A DNA stretch of 64,000 nt from Octopus vulgaris. Its lineage: Eukaryota. Made by a program: the position numbers and the translations under genes. Location of the stretch: positions 127,906,001 to 127,970,000 of the forward strand of contig OX597819.1 of assembly GCA_951406725.2 (NCBI GenBank), read 5' to 3'. Position 1 is the stretch's first letter, and every line of letters begins with the position of its first letter. Below, one piece after another: positions 1 through 11,671 of this stretch. The notes below the pieces were generated by a model, which had not been told where the DNA came from, searched no databases, and saw nothing but the letters and a program-made list of their open reading frames with translations.

Positions 1-1003
1 GCCTTGACATTTTGTGAAAAGTTTTGTTGGATCATTTCGAATTCACAACCAGAAACCCCTAGCGGACAGCTAATAATCATTTGATAATCATGTGATAAAC
101 ATTTCTTCATCGTATTCCTGGGGATTAGAAATTTGAAAATTCAAAAGAAAAAAGATGCTTAGGAACATATAGTTATTAATTTTCTTTTATGCTTTTTACA
201 TTTACGAAATTCTTAAAATTTCTTGTCAGTTGAAATCATGTGGGGCTTATTCTTTCTTCTTAGAAATCTTCAGCATAGGCTTTCAAAAATAATTGCACTA
301 AAAATAAGATAAATAGTAGTAAAACAGTTTGGTTAATTATTCCATAATCTAATCTGCCATTGCAGTTTCGTGAAGCTATTATTAGGAATTTTCCAAAGAA
401 TTCTAGGTATTACTCTATTATCAACTCACATACAGTTAGGATTGGTTTTTCCAACACAAAAAAATCTCTTACAAATTATCTCTTCACATAATAACAACGT
501 GTTAAATATTAATACATTTACTAATACTAACATTAATTTAGCTAATACCATCCATCCCTCTAGAAATATTAATAACAAGGTTATTGTATCTGAAGTCAAT
601 TCCAACAGAATTAAGTTTATGTCAAGTAACTCTAAAATTAAAAATTCTATATACCAGTGTAAAATTATTACTCATAATAAAGTACAGTTTTACATTGCAC
701 GTCTTTACAGTTATCTAAAAGAATATCTATCCATTACTCAACATTTAGGGATAGGAATAAACGTAACGGTACAGGGCTCAGTAAATTAATTTGGGATCTA
801 AAAGACCGCAATGACCAATTTCATTTAGAATGGTTGATTCTCTCAATCTCCATACCTTATGACAAAGGCAAGGAGTTATGTCTTCTCTCTAATTCTGAAC
901 TATTTTTCATTATTTTGTTCTAAAAAGCCCCTAGTAAACACGGCTATAGAGAGTGCATACCGATGTAAACAATGGCAAAAACATACCTTTAGTTCATATA
1001 AAT
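1..1003 (+). mobile_element. Penelope-like retroelement ORF relic, C-terminal part (linker + GIY-YIG endonuclease), frameshifted
   Basis: Joining frames gives NSHTVRIGFSNTKNLLQIISSHNNNVL...KNSIYQCKIITHNKVQFYI..TSLQLSKRISIHYSTFRDRNKRNGTGLSKLIWDLKDRNDQFHLEWLIL...ELCLLSNSELFFII...LVN, matching the PLE linker/GIY-YIG pattern. A hammerhead motif and (TA)n follow downstream. The 5' boundary is not defined in the window. Confidence 0.8.
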
Positions 1004-1244
1004 AATCTATATCATTATATATAATTTAAACATTAATTTTCTTTTTATATTTAATATTCACTAAAAAATGCATTTTTTCCTAGTTTATAAGGTTTTATTT
1101 AATATACATATAGTCATATACATCTCATTTCTTTAACTTTTCCTTAATTTATTCCTCCTCTTTCTATAGGCTACCTCATATAACCTTTTTTCAAACAATA
1201 TTAATAGCGTTCAGTAAATCACTATACATATCCATCATTTCTTC

Positions 1245-1334
1245 ACTTCCCTGAAGAGAAGATTACATTGTTTTGCACCAATAATATTTCTTTGGAATAA
1301 TATCAATGATATCTTCGAAATATGTGTTGGAAGT
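1245..1334 (+). ncRNA. Type I minimal hammerhead ribozyme in PLE 3' terminal repeat
   Basis: ACTTCC-CTGAAGA(1251-1257)-GAAGAT..CATTG...CAATG..ATCTTC-GAAA(1317-1320)-TATGTG-TT-GGAAGT. Stem I is 6 bp, stem II is long, cleavage triplet GUU. Confidence 0.75.
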
Positions 1335-1350
1335 AAACTCCATATAAACT

Positions 1351-1352
<2 letters not shown>

Positions 1353-1441
<89 letters not shown>

Positions 1442-1480
1442 CATATATATATATATATATATACATACATATATATATAT

Positions 1481-1519
<39 letters not shown>

Positions 1520-1578
1520 CATATATATATATATATATACATACATATATATATACATACATATATATATATATATAT

Positions 1579-1635
<57 letters not shown>
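1353..1635. repeat. (TA)n/(TACA)n compound microsatellite (representative of dozens in the window)
   Basis: Direct reading; source of the YIYI ORFs. Confidence 0.98.
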
Positions 1636-1639
<4 letters not shown>

Positions 1640-2522
1640 CATTCTAAACAGGTTAACGTGCAGGTTGAACTACAGATGCCTGTGGAAAATAGGAGGAAAA
1701 TCATCGAAAGCAGTGGTCATCCCATAATAACCCCAAGAAAACCAGAGCCTATGCCATGGACAGCTGTTATCTCATGTAACAGATCCGAAGACCACAATTG
1801 CTATAGCAAAGAATAATAATTTCTGGTGACCAATACTTATAAAGCTGAATTAATGTTCTACTAATATTCGGTGTCAACCCCAGAATTAGTTTTCTACACC
1901 ATTGATGACATGTACTAAAGCGGTTTCACATTCATATATACATAGTGTTATCACGACGCATGTAGTACTTAGAAGAGTACAATATTGATAACTTTAATAA
2001 TATATTTAATATCTGTAATTCACATTTGTTGAAATGATAATCACTACAAAAGTCATTGTCGAGCTTCATCCTCACAAAACATATTAAACAGATCAGAGTA
2101 TATTTCTAACAGCCGCTTCGAGAACAAGTTCTTTCTTTTCCCTTTCAACTGAGCTATCGAGAGAGATTAAACGTAAACGAACGTATATCCAAAACCTCAA
2201 TGAGTTACACTCCCGATTATAAAATGTGGCATTGACAACAGAAACCGAGTGAAGTATCAGATCTATCAGCTGACCAATGTCCAAGGACAGTTACATGCAA
2301 CTGTGAGAAAAGAAATACTGTAAGTTGTAACTATAACATTAGATATACTCTATGAAGGGTATTGAATTCTCTTTTCATTTATTCCTAGTATTATCATGTA
2401 CGCAATAACACACACACACAAACACATACACCTTCGTGCATACATACGTGTATATACATGTATATATGTATATGTCTGTGTGCATTGGTAAAATGACGCT
2501 CCTAAGATACAACCATGCATAG

Positions 2523-2586
<64 letters not shown>

Positions 2587-2770
2587 ATATATATATGTAT
2601 ATATATGTCTATGTCTATGTGTGTTCGTATGTCTGTGCATATACATACATTCATACATGCATACATACACACACACACATACATATATACATATATATAT
2701 ACATATATATATATATACATGTCTATGCCTGTGTGTGTCTGTATGTCTGTGCATATACATACATACATGC

Positions 2771-2801
<31 letters not shown>

Positions 2802-2806
2802 TATAT

Positions 2807-2839
<33 letters not shown>

Positions 2840-3112
2840 CACACACACATATAAATATATACGTATATATGCATATATATACACACAGCCACATACCAAT
2901 AGCCGCGTAGCCATCATCGTTAATGTAACTTAAATCGCTAGTTTGCTTTAATTTAATTGCAATACAGCACAGCCGTTACATTATTTATGAATAATATTCG
3001 GTTCATGTTGTCTTTAAATCATTGGTCTATGTCGCTTCTTTCTTTCTTGTTTTACTATTTTTTATTTTATTTTCATTCCTCTTCTGCCCTCACTCCGTCT
3101 CCTCTTATTACT

Positions 3113-3151
<39 letters not shown>

Positions 3152-3871
3152 TATGGTTGTTTATTTATTATTGCTATTTTACTCAAGCTTACCAATGAAT
3201 TTTGGTGGACCGAACAACCCGTCTGCCTTCAGCCGCCATAGAATATTGGCGTTTACTTCTAAAACCATCACACAATATTGGCGACTGCTTCTAAACATTC
3301 TCAAGCTGCGTATTTCGAAATTGAAATAATAAATAAATAAATAAATAAACAGATAAACAAATAAATAAAAATGACATGGATATTCATTCAATTTTTTTTG
3401 TGTCGATTATTTTTTTCTCAAATTTGTCGATCATTCGTTGTTGTTTTTGTTTTTTTTTGTATATATTATTTTCTTCCGTTTTGACATCGCTAGATTTTTT
3501 TTTTTGTAACATTATTACTGCTGGTGTTGTGGTTGTTGTTGTTGTTGTTGTTGTTGTTGTCAGCGTGCTTAAGTCGAAGGAGAGAATGAGTGTCGAAGAG
3601 GGATGCGCCCGGGGTACAGGATGGAAGAGAAGACGGACAAGAGGTGGAAGAAAAAGAAGAAAAAAAAAGAATAAAGAAGGAGATAAGAAAAAGAAAGATG
3701 AAAAACAAACCATAAAGAATGGAGACAAAAAACCAGAATAACTGTTCTCTATAAACTGATATTCCACATTGCGGCCCTTATAAAGATTCATCTTCTCCTT
3801 TTTCTTTCTCCCTTTCACCTGAACTCCACATTAGCACACAATTCCCCTCGTTTCTCTCTCTCTGTTTCTAT

Positions 3872-3907
<36 letters not shown>

Positions 3908-4302
3908 TTTTGATTACCCCTCTCCAATACAGGCATCACCCTCCATCGTCATAGTTCACTAAACGTCTCTCTTTGTATAGTTCTGCTTGAATATTCTTTT
4001 TAATTTAGTTTCAATAAAACTATAAAATAGACCTTCCTGAACAGATAAAAATTGCATTTCCTCTTTTTTTTTATATATAAGCGTGCGCCATAATCAACAC
4101 ACGTACGCATACACGAACACACGTACACACACCAGCGCGCGCACACACACACACGCAAACACGCAAACACACAATCACATACACTCATATGCACACACGC
4201 ACACACACATACATATATATTCACACGCAAACATATGTATATATATATATATATATATATAAATATATAATTTAGATACATAGATAAAAATATTTAGATA
4301 TA

Positions 4303-4341
<39 letters not shown>

Positions 4342-4821
4342 GTATGTGCGTGCATGCACACCTACGCACACACATACAGACACACACACACACACACACA
4401 TACATATATAAAAGTATATAATTTCTCTGTTTATATTGGTTTTCTATATTTATTTGTTTGGTAATTTATATTTCAGTTTATGTTTTACCTACATATGTTT
4501 GTATGAATGTATGCAAATACACACATACATACATCGGTACATACATACATACATACATAAATAGATACATATACATACATATATATATATACATATATAT
4601 ACATATATATATATACATATATATACTTATATAAATATATGTATATGTGCGTGCGTATATATAAATATATATATGTATATACTTATATGTATTTATATAT
4701 ATATATATGTATATATATGTATATGTATACATACATGCAAACATACATATATATGCACACACATTTATATATATATATATACATGCATATATATATACAT
4801 ATATACATATTTATATACTTT

Positions 4822-4899
<78 letters not shown>

Positions 4900-4901
4900 T
4901 G

Positions 4902-4932
<31 letters not shown>

Positions 4933-5191
4933 TGGACTATTACATTGACACATACAGCTTCTGCTTGTTTTTCTGCTAGTGTACTTATCTCTGTGGTGGT
5001 TGTCTTAATTTATGTCCACGAAGAGAAATTTAGCATAATTATAAAAATCACAGAATTCATAAAGATTTCTTCGAAATTTATATGCAATTAAATGTAAGAT
5101 AAGAGTCTTAGAACATACAAAGTGAACGAAAATCAATCAACCCGCAAACTCGCACACACCTATTTGCGTGCGTGTGTATATATATATATAT

Positions 5192-5315
<124 letters not shown>

Positions 5316-5363
5316 ATACATACATACATATATATACATATATATATATATTATATAATATTA

Positions 5364-5410
<47 letters not shown>

Positions 5411-5560
5411 CCTGAATGACTTTATTGTATGTTTCAGCCTACTAAATATACTCATTAGACTTCGGTCGACCCGTGGTTATGGTAGAACATACTTACGCAA
5501 GTTACAACTCAGTGGTATTGAACCCGGAACCAAATAATTGGAAAGCAACTTTTTATATCA

Positions 5561-5611
<51 letters not shown>

Positions 5612-5615
<4 letters not shown>

Positions 5616-5830
5616 CCCAAACATGAAAACACAAAGAGAAAACACAACAACGCGAGGACGTGGAACAAGTATAGTGTTATTGGACGCTCAGGAAAGGAAA
5701 GAAAGGAGGAGGATTTAATGTTTCGAGCAGAGCTCTTCGTCAGAAACATAGGAAAAGGAAAGATCCAAGGAAGGGAAGACAGAGGAAAAAAAATCGCCAA
5801 CGGTACACATGCGGTCACAATACACATATA
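5612..5830 (-). mobile_element. PLE-type terminal repeat fragment with minimal HHR (family A)
   Basis: Minus strand GTTT-CTGACGA-A-GAGC-TCT-GCTC-GAAA-CAT-TA-AATC. Shares GAGCTCTGCTC and CCTGAGCGTC with 40095-40247. 3' end abuts (TA)n. Confidence 0.65.
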
Positions 5831-6431
5831 GTGATTTAAAAGTTTGCTTTTAAATAAATATATATGTGTGTGTATGTATGTATGTATGTATGTATGTATG
5901 TATGTATGTATGTATGTATGTATGTATGTATGTATGCATGCATGCATGCATGTATGTATGTATGTATGTATGTATGTATGTATGTATGTATGTATGTATA
6001 TGTGTGTGTGTCTGTGTGTCTGTGTGTATGTATGTATGTATGTATGTATGTATGTATGTATGTATAAATGAAATCCAAGAGGAGAATGGAGATATATTCA
6101 CATCCAAATTTTTTATATTTAAATATTTTCAACAGTATATATAACAGTGACTAACATATGTTTCTCCTGCTGAAGGATGTCTGATTATAACCATATTTGA
6201 TTCAAGTTTTTTGTAAAATGCCGGCAATATTGAGGCGAGTGTTTCATTTCGGCCTAAATATTTCATTGGCACTTCAGTTTATCGAACCTGAAAGTTCAAC
6301 AAGCCATTTGACCGCGGCGGAATTAAAACTCTGGACGTAAAAAACGAACGAAATAACGCTTAACATTCTATCTGGCATACTTTCGAGTCTGCCTGTTCGT
6401 CGCTTTATAATTAGTAATTATAATAATAATA

Positions 6432-6597
6432 ATCTTTTCTACTAAAGGTACAGTGTTTCACTGGTATTTAATTTATCGACCCCGAAAGAATGAAAGCAAA
6501 GTCAGCCCCGGTAGAGCTTGAACTCAGAACGGAAAGACGGACGAAATGTCCCCAAGCATTCTGCCCGGCGTGCTAACGATTGTGCCAGCTCGCCGCC
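6432..6597 (-). mobile_element. tRNA-derived SINE family 1 (GGCGGCGAGCTGGCAGAA head)
   Basis: Reverse complement of the family head and TTTCATCCTTTCGGGGTCGATAAA core; about 20 copies in the window. An older copy lies at ~6225-6405. Confidence 0.85.
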
Positions 6598-6602
6598 TGT
6601 AA

Positions 6603-6650
<48 letters not shown>

Positions 6651-6652
<2 letters not shown>

Positions 6653-6998
6653 AATCCTTAAATCCTTAAAAAATTTTTAGCCCGAAGGCCGCGGCCATGC
6701 TGGGGCACCACCACTGAATGAGCTACACTAATTTGTGAATCCACATCTGATACGTGGAATTTGATCAACAAGGGAGTTCGATGCTGCTGCCCGCATCCGC
6801 GTCTCCTGTCGTGAGGTAGGTTCATCTGGGACTCCCGACAAGAAGAGATCCAGTTTAGTTTTAAAGAAATCCACATCCACACCATGTAAGTCTCTCAGGC
6901 ATTTAGGGAGGATGTTAAAGAGCTGTGGTCCTCTGAAACCCAAGCTGTTGCAGTATCTGGACCTGTATTTTGATGGTGATGTTGGAATGCTTGGCACC
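6651..6998 (-). mobile_element. 5'-truncated CR1-group LINE 3' end (RT C-terminus + 3' UTR with (AAGGATTT)n tail)
   Basis: ...NSLGFRGPQLFNILPKCLRDLHGVDVDFFKTKLDLFLSGVPDEP... then tail repeats; second copy at 27361-27571. Confidence 0.8.
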
Positions 6999-7036
<38 letters not shown>

Positions 7037-7050
7037 TAATAATAATAATA

Positions 7051-7607
7051 AATGCCCTGATGCAGTACCAGGCAGTGGCTCTCATGGCTTCTGATCTTAA
7101 CTGATTGGAAGTGTTATCATGTACATTGTTTTGTCTTGGTATAAAAGATGGGCTACAGCAAATATTCTGCTCAATACCACAGATTTGCTTGTCAGTTGTT
7201 TGACCGTAACCAGTTGAGCATGTCCCTTAGTGGCTGACGATATGTGCATCTCTGATCACGAGCAGAAGTAGTGGGGGAGCATCATAGCCATGTGTTGAGA
7301 GGGATTCTTTGGGGTTTGAATAATTCACCTCTGGAAACATGGGTGGTTCTTTCAGCATCCTTAAACAACCCTTATTCAGAGACCTTTTGAGCGGGATGGG
7401 CTACTTAACCTGAAGAAAATTCTAACTGGGCCCCACCTGCAAGGTCATATGCTGTTTATCTTGATATGAGATCACCATGTCGCGCACATATCGTTGTGAT
7501 GCATGTGCCTGGTGTACCTTTATCAGACGGGTAGTCATGATGGGTATATTGGGCTTCGTATATTTTACCCCAGTGTCACTTTGATGGCATGCACTGCTCT
7601 CTCACTC

Positions 7608-7608
<1 letters not shown>
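7051..7608 (+). mobile_element. Probable 3' UTR of an R4/Dong-like non-LTR retrotransposon inserted in (TAA)n
   Basis: Complex ~560-bp non-coding block flanked on both sides by (TAA)n and ending ...CTCTCACTC-AATAATAAT. Dong elements are known to target TAA repeats; the family assignment is inference. Confidence 0.5.
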
Positions 7609-7638
<30 letters not shown>

Positions 7639-7807
7639 GTCCTTTCTGTATAAACACAAGGCCTGAAATTTGGGGGATGGATTACCTCGATCCTAGCAAG
7701 TAGTTAATTTATCGACCCTGAATGGATGAGCGGCAAAGTCTTGGTGGAATTTGAACTCAGAACGTAGCGGCAGACGAAATGCCGCTAACGATATCTCGCT
7801 ACCTAAA

Positions 7808-7868
<61 letters not shown>

Positions 7869-8079
7869 GATAATAGTAATTTTTTTACTACCCACAAGGG
7901 GCTAAACGTTGATTATATTGATCCTTTCTCAGGAGCAGCAGCAACATCACACTTATTTTCGCATGACTGTTGTAAGAAACATCTGATAAGAGACCATCGA
8001 ATAAGTCTGACATAAAATAAAGTCTGTAGGACAGACTAACAAGTACCAACGACTTCTCTTTCGTGCAGCCACCCTTTGC

Positions 8080-9400
8080 TTCTCCTATTTCGACCTTTCG
8101 CGGAATTCTGCATTGCTCTTCGAGAGATGCGACAGGCCTTCGAGGTGAGTGGTACAGTCCTACACTGTCTCCGGTCCACCGTCCGCCTCAAACAATTGTG
8201 TGAAGTACCACTAAAATGCCGCTCACATCTGCCTGGAATCGAGCAGCACATGCCCCACCCACTCCATAGACCGAATTGTGGCTTGCTGTGTCCATGTTGT
8301 ACCTCTGCTATTCGGGCCCATTGAACGGCTTTCGCTCATTCATGCGTTAGAGCACGCTCCCTAGCTCTAACATGGCATCGTTCGTGCTTAGCTTTAAAGA
8401 AGCAGTCAAGACGTAATCTCACTGCGCGCACATCCGTCTCTGTACCGTTTTAAGTACTTTTTCTAGGTTACAAAATAGCTCTCCTACTGAAGAATTCTAA
8501 ACCATATCGTCTCTGATATAATAGCTTTTTTCAGGGACAAGCACAGTCGATCGTTGGCGATAGCACATATCAACTACATTTTAACAAGTTCTCTATTCCA
8601 GTCTCTTTATTCTTTGCGTTCTGGGAAAGATGCGTCCAGTTTGCAATCCCTGTTTATGTAGTCTGTCTAGGTTGACCGAAGAGATCACTAATTGTATTCT
8701 GTCTAACCGACCAATATTAATTGTTGAAAATCTGTGCTATACATATCTACTGGTCTACAGAATACTGTATCTAGATGCGATGTAGATCACACGATGCATT
8801 TGCCCAAATTTACAATGATGCATTCGAGAAATCCCGTCGGTATCTGACAGCCAGTTGGAAACAAATGAGTTAATTTGTGAGCCTTTTACACCTCCTCTTC
8901 CATCAGCTAGCCCCACATTTTCCAGACGTTCTTCCAATGTGACGTTCCAATTACCCACCAGCTCTAAAGAGCGAAATGTTCCCAGGTAAACCTACATATG
9001 TCTGAAGAAATCCGATAGCCTTGTTCCAGCTGGATCATATACGGTGACGAGAGTAAAGGCAATGTCCTTGCTGCTATTTACACCAGGACCATTGTTTTAC
9101 CATCCAGTTTCTGAATAATAGACTGCATCTTCTCCTTCAGCCTTTTTTGACATAATAGCATCGCTATCAACGGCCTTATAAGATATACGAAGATCTCAGA
9201 GTTACCAAACATGGACACTAATGGTCGTGTGTCGGAAATCCTGATGTCGCCGATGAGTATCACAACCAAAACTAGAAACCTGAAGTTACTGAGCAGACGA
9301 TCCTGCTTCCAGTGTGATCTCAAGTGATGTACATTTATACACCACACTATCAGAACTAAGAGAAAAGAAAGACGAGCTAAGGAAACGGATAACTTACACA
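8080..9400 (-). mobile_element. Tx1/L1-like LINE ORF2 relic (AP endonuclease + linker), many stops
   Basis: CINVHHLRSHWKQDRLL...IGDIRISD...FTLVTVYDPAG...LVGNWNVTL...SRYSILDQ (APE motifs), then RARERAL...AF*WYFTQLF...LEGLSHLSKSNAEF (L1/Tx1 pre-RT linker). Confidence 0.75.
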
Positions 9401-9585
9401 TTTGGTGGTTCCAAAGACAGAGTGATACTTTGGCTTTCCTATTGGAAAATCTTGTAGGAACCTACAGCCTTTCCTTGTGCAGAAGATTCTTATGTCATTG
9501 AGAAAATTATCCCACAATATGTTTCCACTTACAGCCTTATTATTTTCAAATGTCATCGCACTTCGAAATTGCTTGACCTGAAAAC

Positions 9586-9634
<49 letters not shown>

Positions 9635-9666
9635 TCTCTCTCCCTTCTCTTTCAGTCTCTCTCTTA

Positions 9667-9714
<48 letters not shown>

Positions 9715-10139
9715 GCTTCAATGTTTTGTGGGATAAAGGAGAACTCGGTTGTCCCTTCAACCTGAAAGATGAGATTTCCACGTCGAAAAGATCCAATGGG
9801 GATGGTGGGGGCACAATCATGCTTTTGTGTGTGTTCATGTGTTTGTTTGTATTTGTGGTAGGGGTCAGAGACAAAAGTAGGTTAGAGATTCTTCTGGATT
9901 TGGGGTTTTGGTTCTGTTGTCGTGGTTGTCGTTGTTGCTGTTCCTGATCTTGCCGTAGTTGCTGATGTTGGTATGTCTGCTGCTGTTGTCCTGGCAGCGC
10001 AGATACATATGTTTGTTCTGACACTGTTGTTGCTACTGCTGTTGGTGCTGGTACCTCTGTTCTCTTTGTTCTCTTCGCAGCAGTTGTTGTTATTACTGTA
10101 CGCTAATGTCTTTGTTGGGCTGTGCTGTCGGTGATGGGG

Positions 10140-10870
10140 GGGGGTCCTCTTTTCCTTTGAAGATAAGATCGGAATCCGTTTACTGATAACTTGTATTAGA
10201 TTTTTGAACACTATGGATGGATGGCAGGAGGCTGTATTAGTGTACGATAGCCTATCATTCGGTTTACGGTATGGTCTGTAAGTATCTAGATCAAGCGTGA
10301 CATTTAAGAAGTTCACTACGGTGAGGTTAGTTTCTATGGTGATTTTAAGGCCGTGGTCGTTTAGGGTGTGTTTTTAACCCTATCTAAATTATGGCCGTTA
10401 GCACGTCTGGAGATGGCTGAGGCATCATCTCTATATAAGCTGAAGTGGACAGAACGGAATTTATTACCTAGGGTGTCCAGAATGTAAAACCCTATAAGGT
10501 TGCAAATATCAGCGCTGTCGTATGCCCCCCACCCACCCACCTATCGCAACGTCAAATGAGCCTTCAGGGTCAGTTCGTTTAACTCAGGTTGAGTTCTGGT
10601 TGAAAAGTAGCGTTTTCCTAGCGTGCATAATTATATCTATTTCTCTATCACTTATGTCGGTAATTCGTCTAGCATATATTAACGCCCTATTATTTTTGAT
10701 ATTTATGGATAAAAGTCTGCTATATCGAATTGTATGAACTTAGCTCTAGAAGTGTTTCGTTTGGTCTCAAATCAATGTAACACCTCGATTGTGTTACGCC
10801 ATAAAGAGAAGTTAGATACCTTCCTTATGTCTTTATCAACCTTTTTAAGGGTCTGTTTCAGTAAACGGAT
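10140..10870 (-). mobile_element. Penelope-like element reverse transcriptase relic
   Basis: LWRNTIEVL..FIQFDIADFYP..IIMHARKTLLF..FDVA.GAYDSADICNLIG..SLYRDD..VNFLNVTLDL..YRPYRKPND..YTNTASCHP: PLE RT core and thumb motifs. Confidence 0.9.
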
Positions 10871-11140
10871 TTCGATCTTATCTTCAAATCAGGATATTTT
10901 TGACTTCTATGAAAGTCCGATAGATCTGTCATTTCAATGAATTTTAATTACCATTTTCTGATGATATCTGAAAAGAAATAGCAATTTTAGCAAAATATAT
11001 TAATCAACACTAATAATATATATAAAATTAAAATAAACAAGCTTTTGACGGTTTTATAGATGTTTCAAAAGCATGATGTTATACTGGTAGGTGTTTCCAT
11101 TATTTTGTCCAACCGCTGTAAATATATATATGTATATATA

Positions 11141-11460
11141 TTTCGTTTTTGGGATTTGGTTTGCAAGATTCTTTATATGAGTTCGTGTGTTGAAGCATAT
11201 TCTGATGTGCCTGGGGAGAGTCATTTTCTTTTTGTGCCTTATAATGTAACACACTCACCGGGAAAATTTCCACTTTTTTTCTAATTTTTATTGTCCTAAA
11301 ATTTTCAATGGTTTTGAGTTAAAGCTATTGAAAAGGTTGCAAGACACAACGAAAATTTTAGGACAATAAAAATAAGAAAAAAAGTGGAAATTTTACCGGT
11401 GAGTGTGTTACATTATAAGGCACAAAAAGAAAATGACTCGACCCAGACACAACAGAATAT
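11141..11460. mobile_element. Fold-back PLE-type terminal repeats (inverted arms 11197-11306 / 11351-11460)
   Basis: ~110-bp near-perfect inverted repeat; the left copy runs out to (TA)n; HHR-like motif at the centre. Confidence 0.7.
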
Positions 11461-11461
11461 A

Positions 11462-11627
11462 TATTTCTCTTCTTGTTTCTCTCCTTGTATTTTTCTGTGT
11501 CCCTTTCAGTAAAAGAACGTAGGCTCGAAACGTAAAAGACTTTTTCTATTCCTGAGCGTTATACTAATACATCTGTTTGTTTTGTACACCACCTGTCTTC
11601 ATCTTTAGTTTTTTTCGGAAACTCTCC

Positions 11628-11630
<3 letters not shown>
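11462..11630 (+). mobile_element. PLE-type terminal repeat, family B (copy 1)
   Basis: Highly similar to 50870-51040; contains ..GTAGGCTC-GAAA-CG-TA-AAAG; ends at (TA)n. Confidence 0.7.

Positions 11631-11671
<41 letters not shown>

Noticed and set aside
370-789. 139-aa ORF as a host gene
   Set aside because: Chimeric frame of a frameshifted PLE endonuclease relic.
2093-2324. Exon-like unique sequence ending in GTAAGT
   Set aside because: Stops in all plus frames from the plausible acceptors; no recognisable product.
3242-3295. Two 22-bp direct repeats (AATATTGGCG...CTTCTAAA) as CRISPR-like
   Set aside because: Only two units, eukaryotic context, no cas genes.
7230-7430. CTGACGA and CTGAAGA boxes as hammerheads
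   Set aside because: No correctly placed stem II-GAAA-UH.
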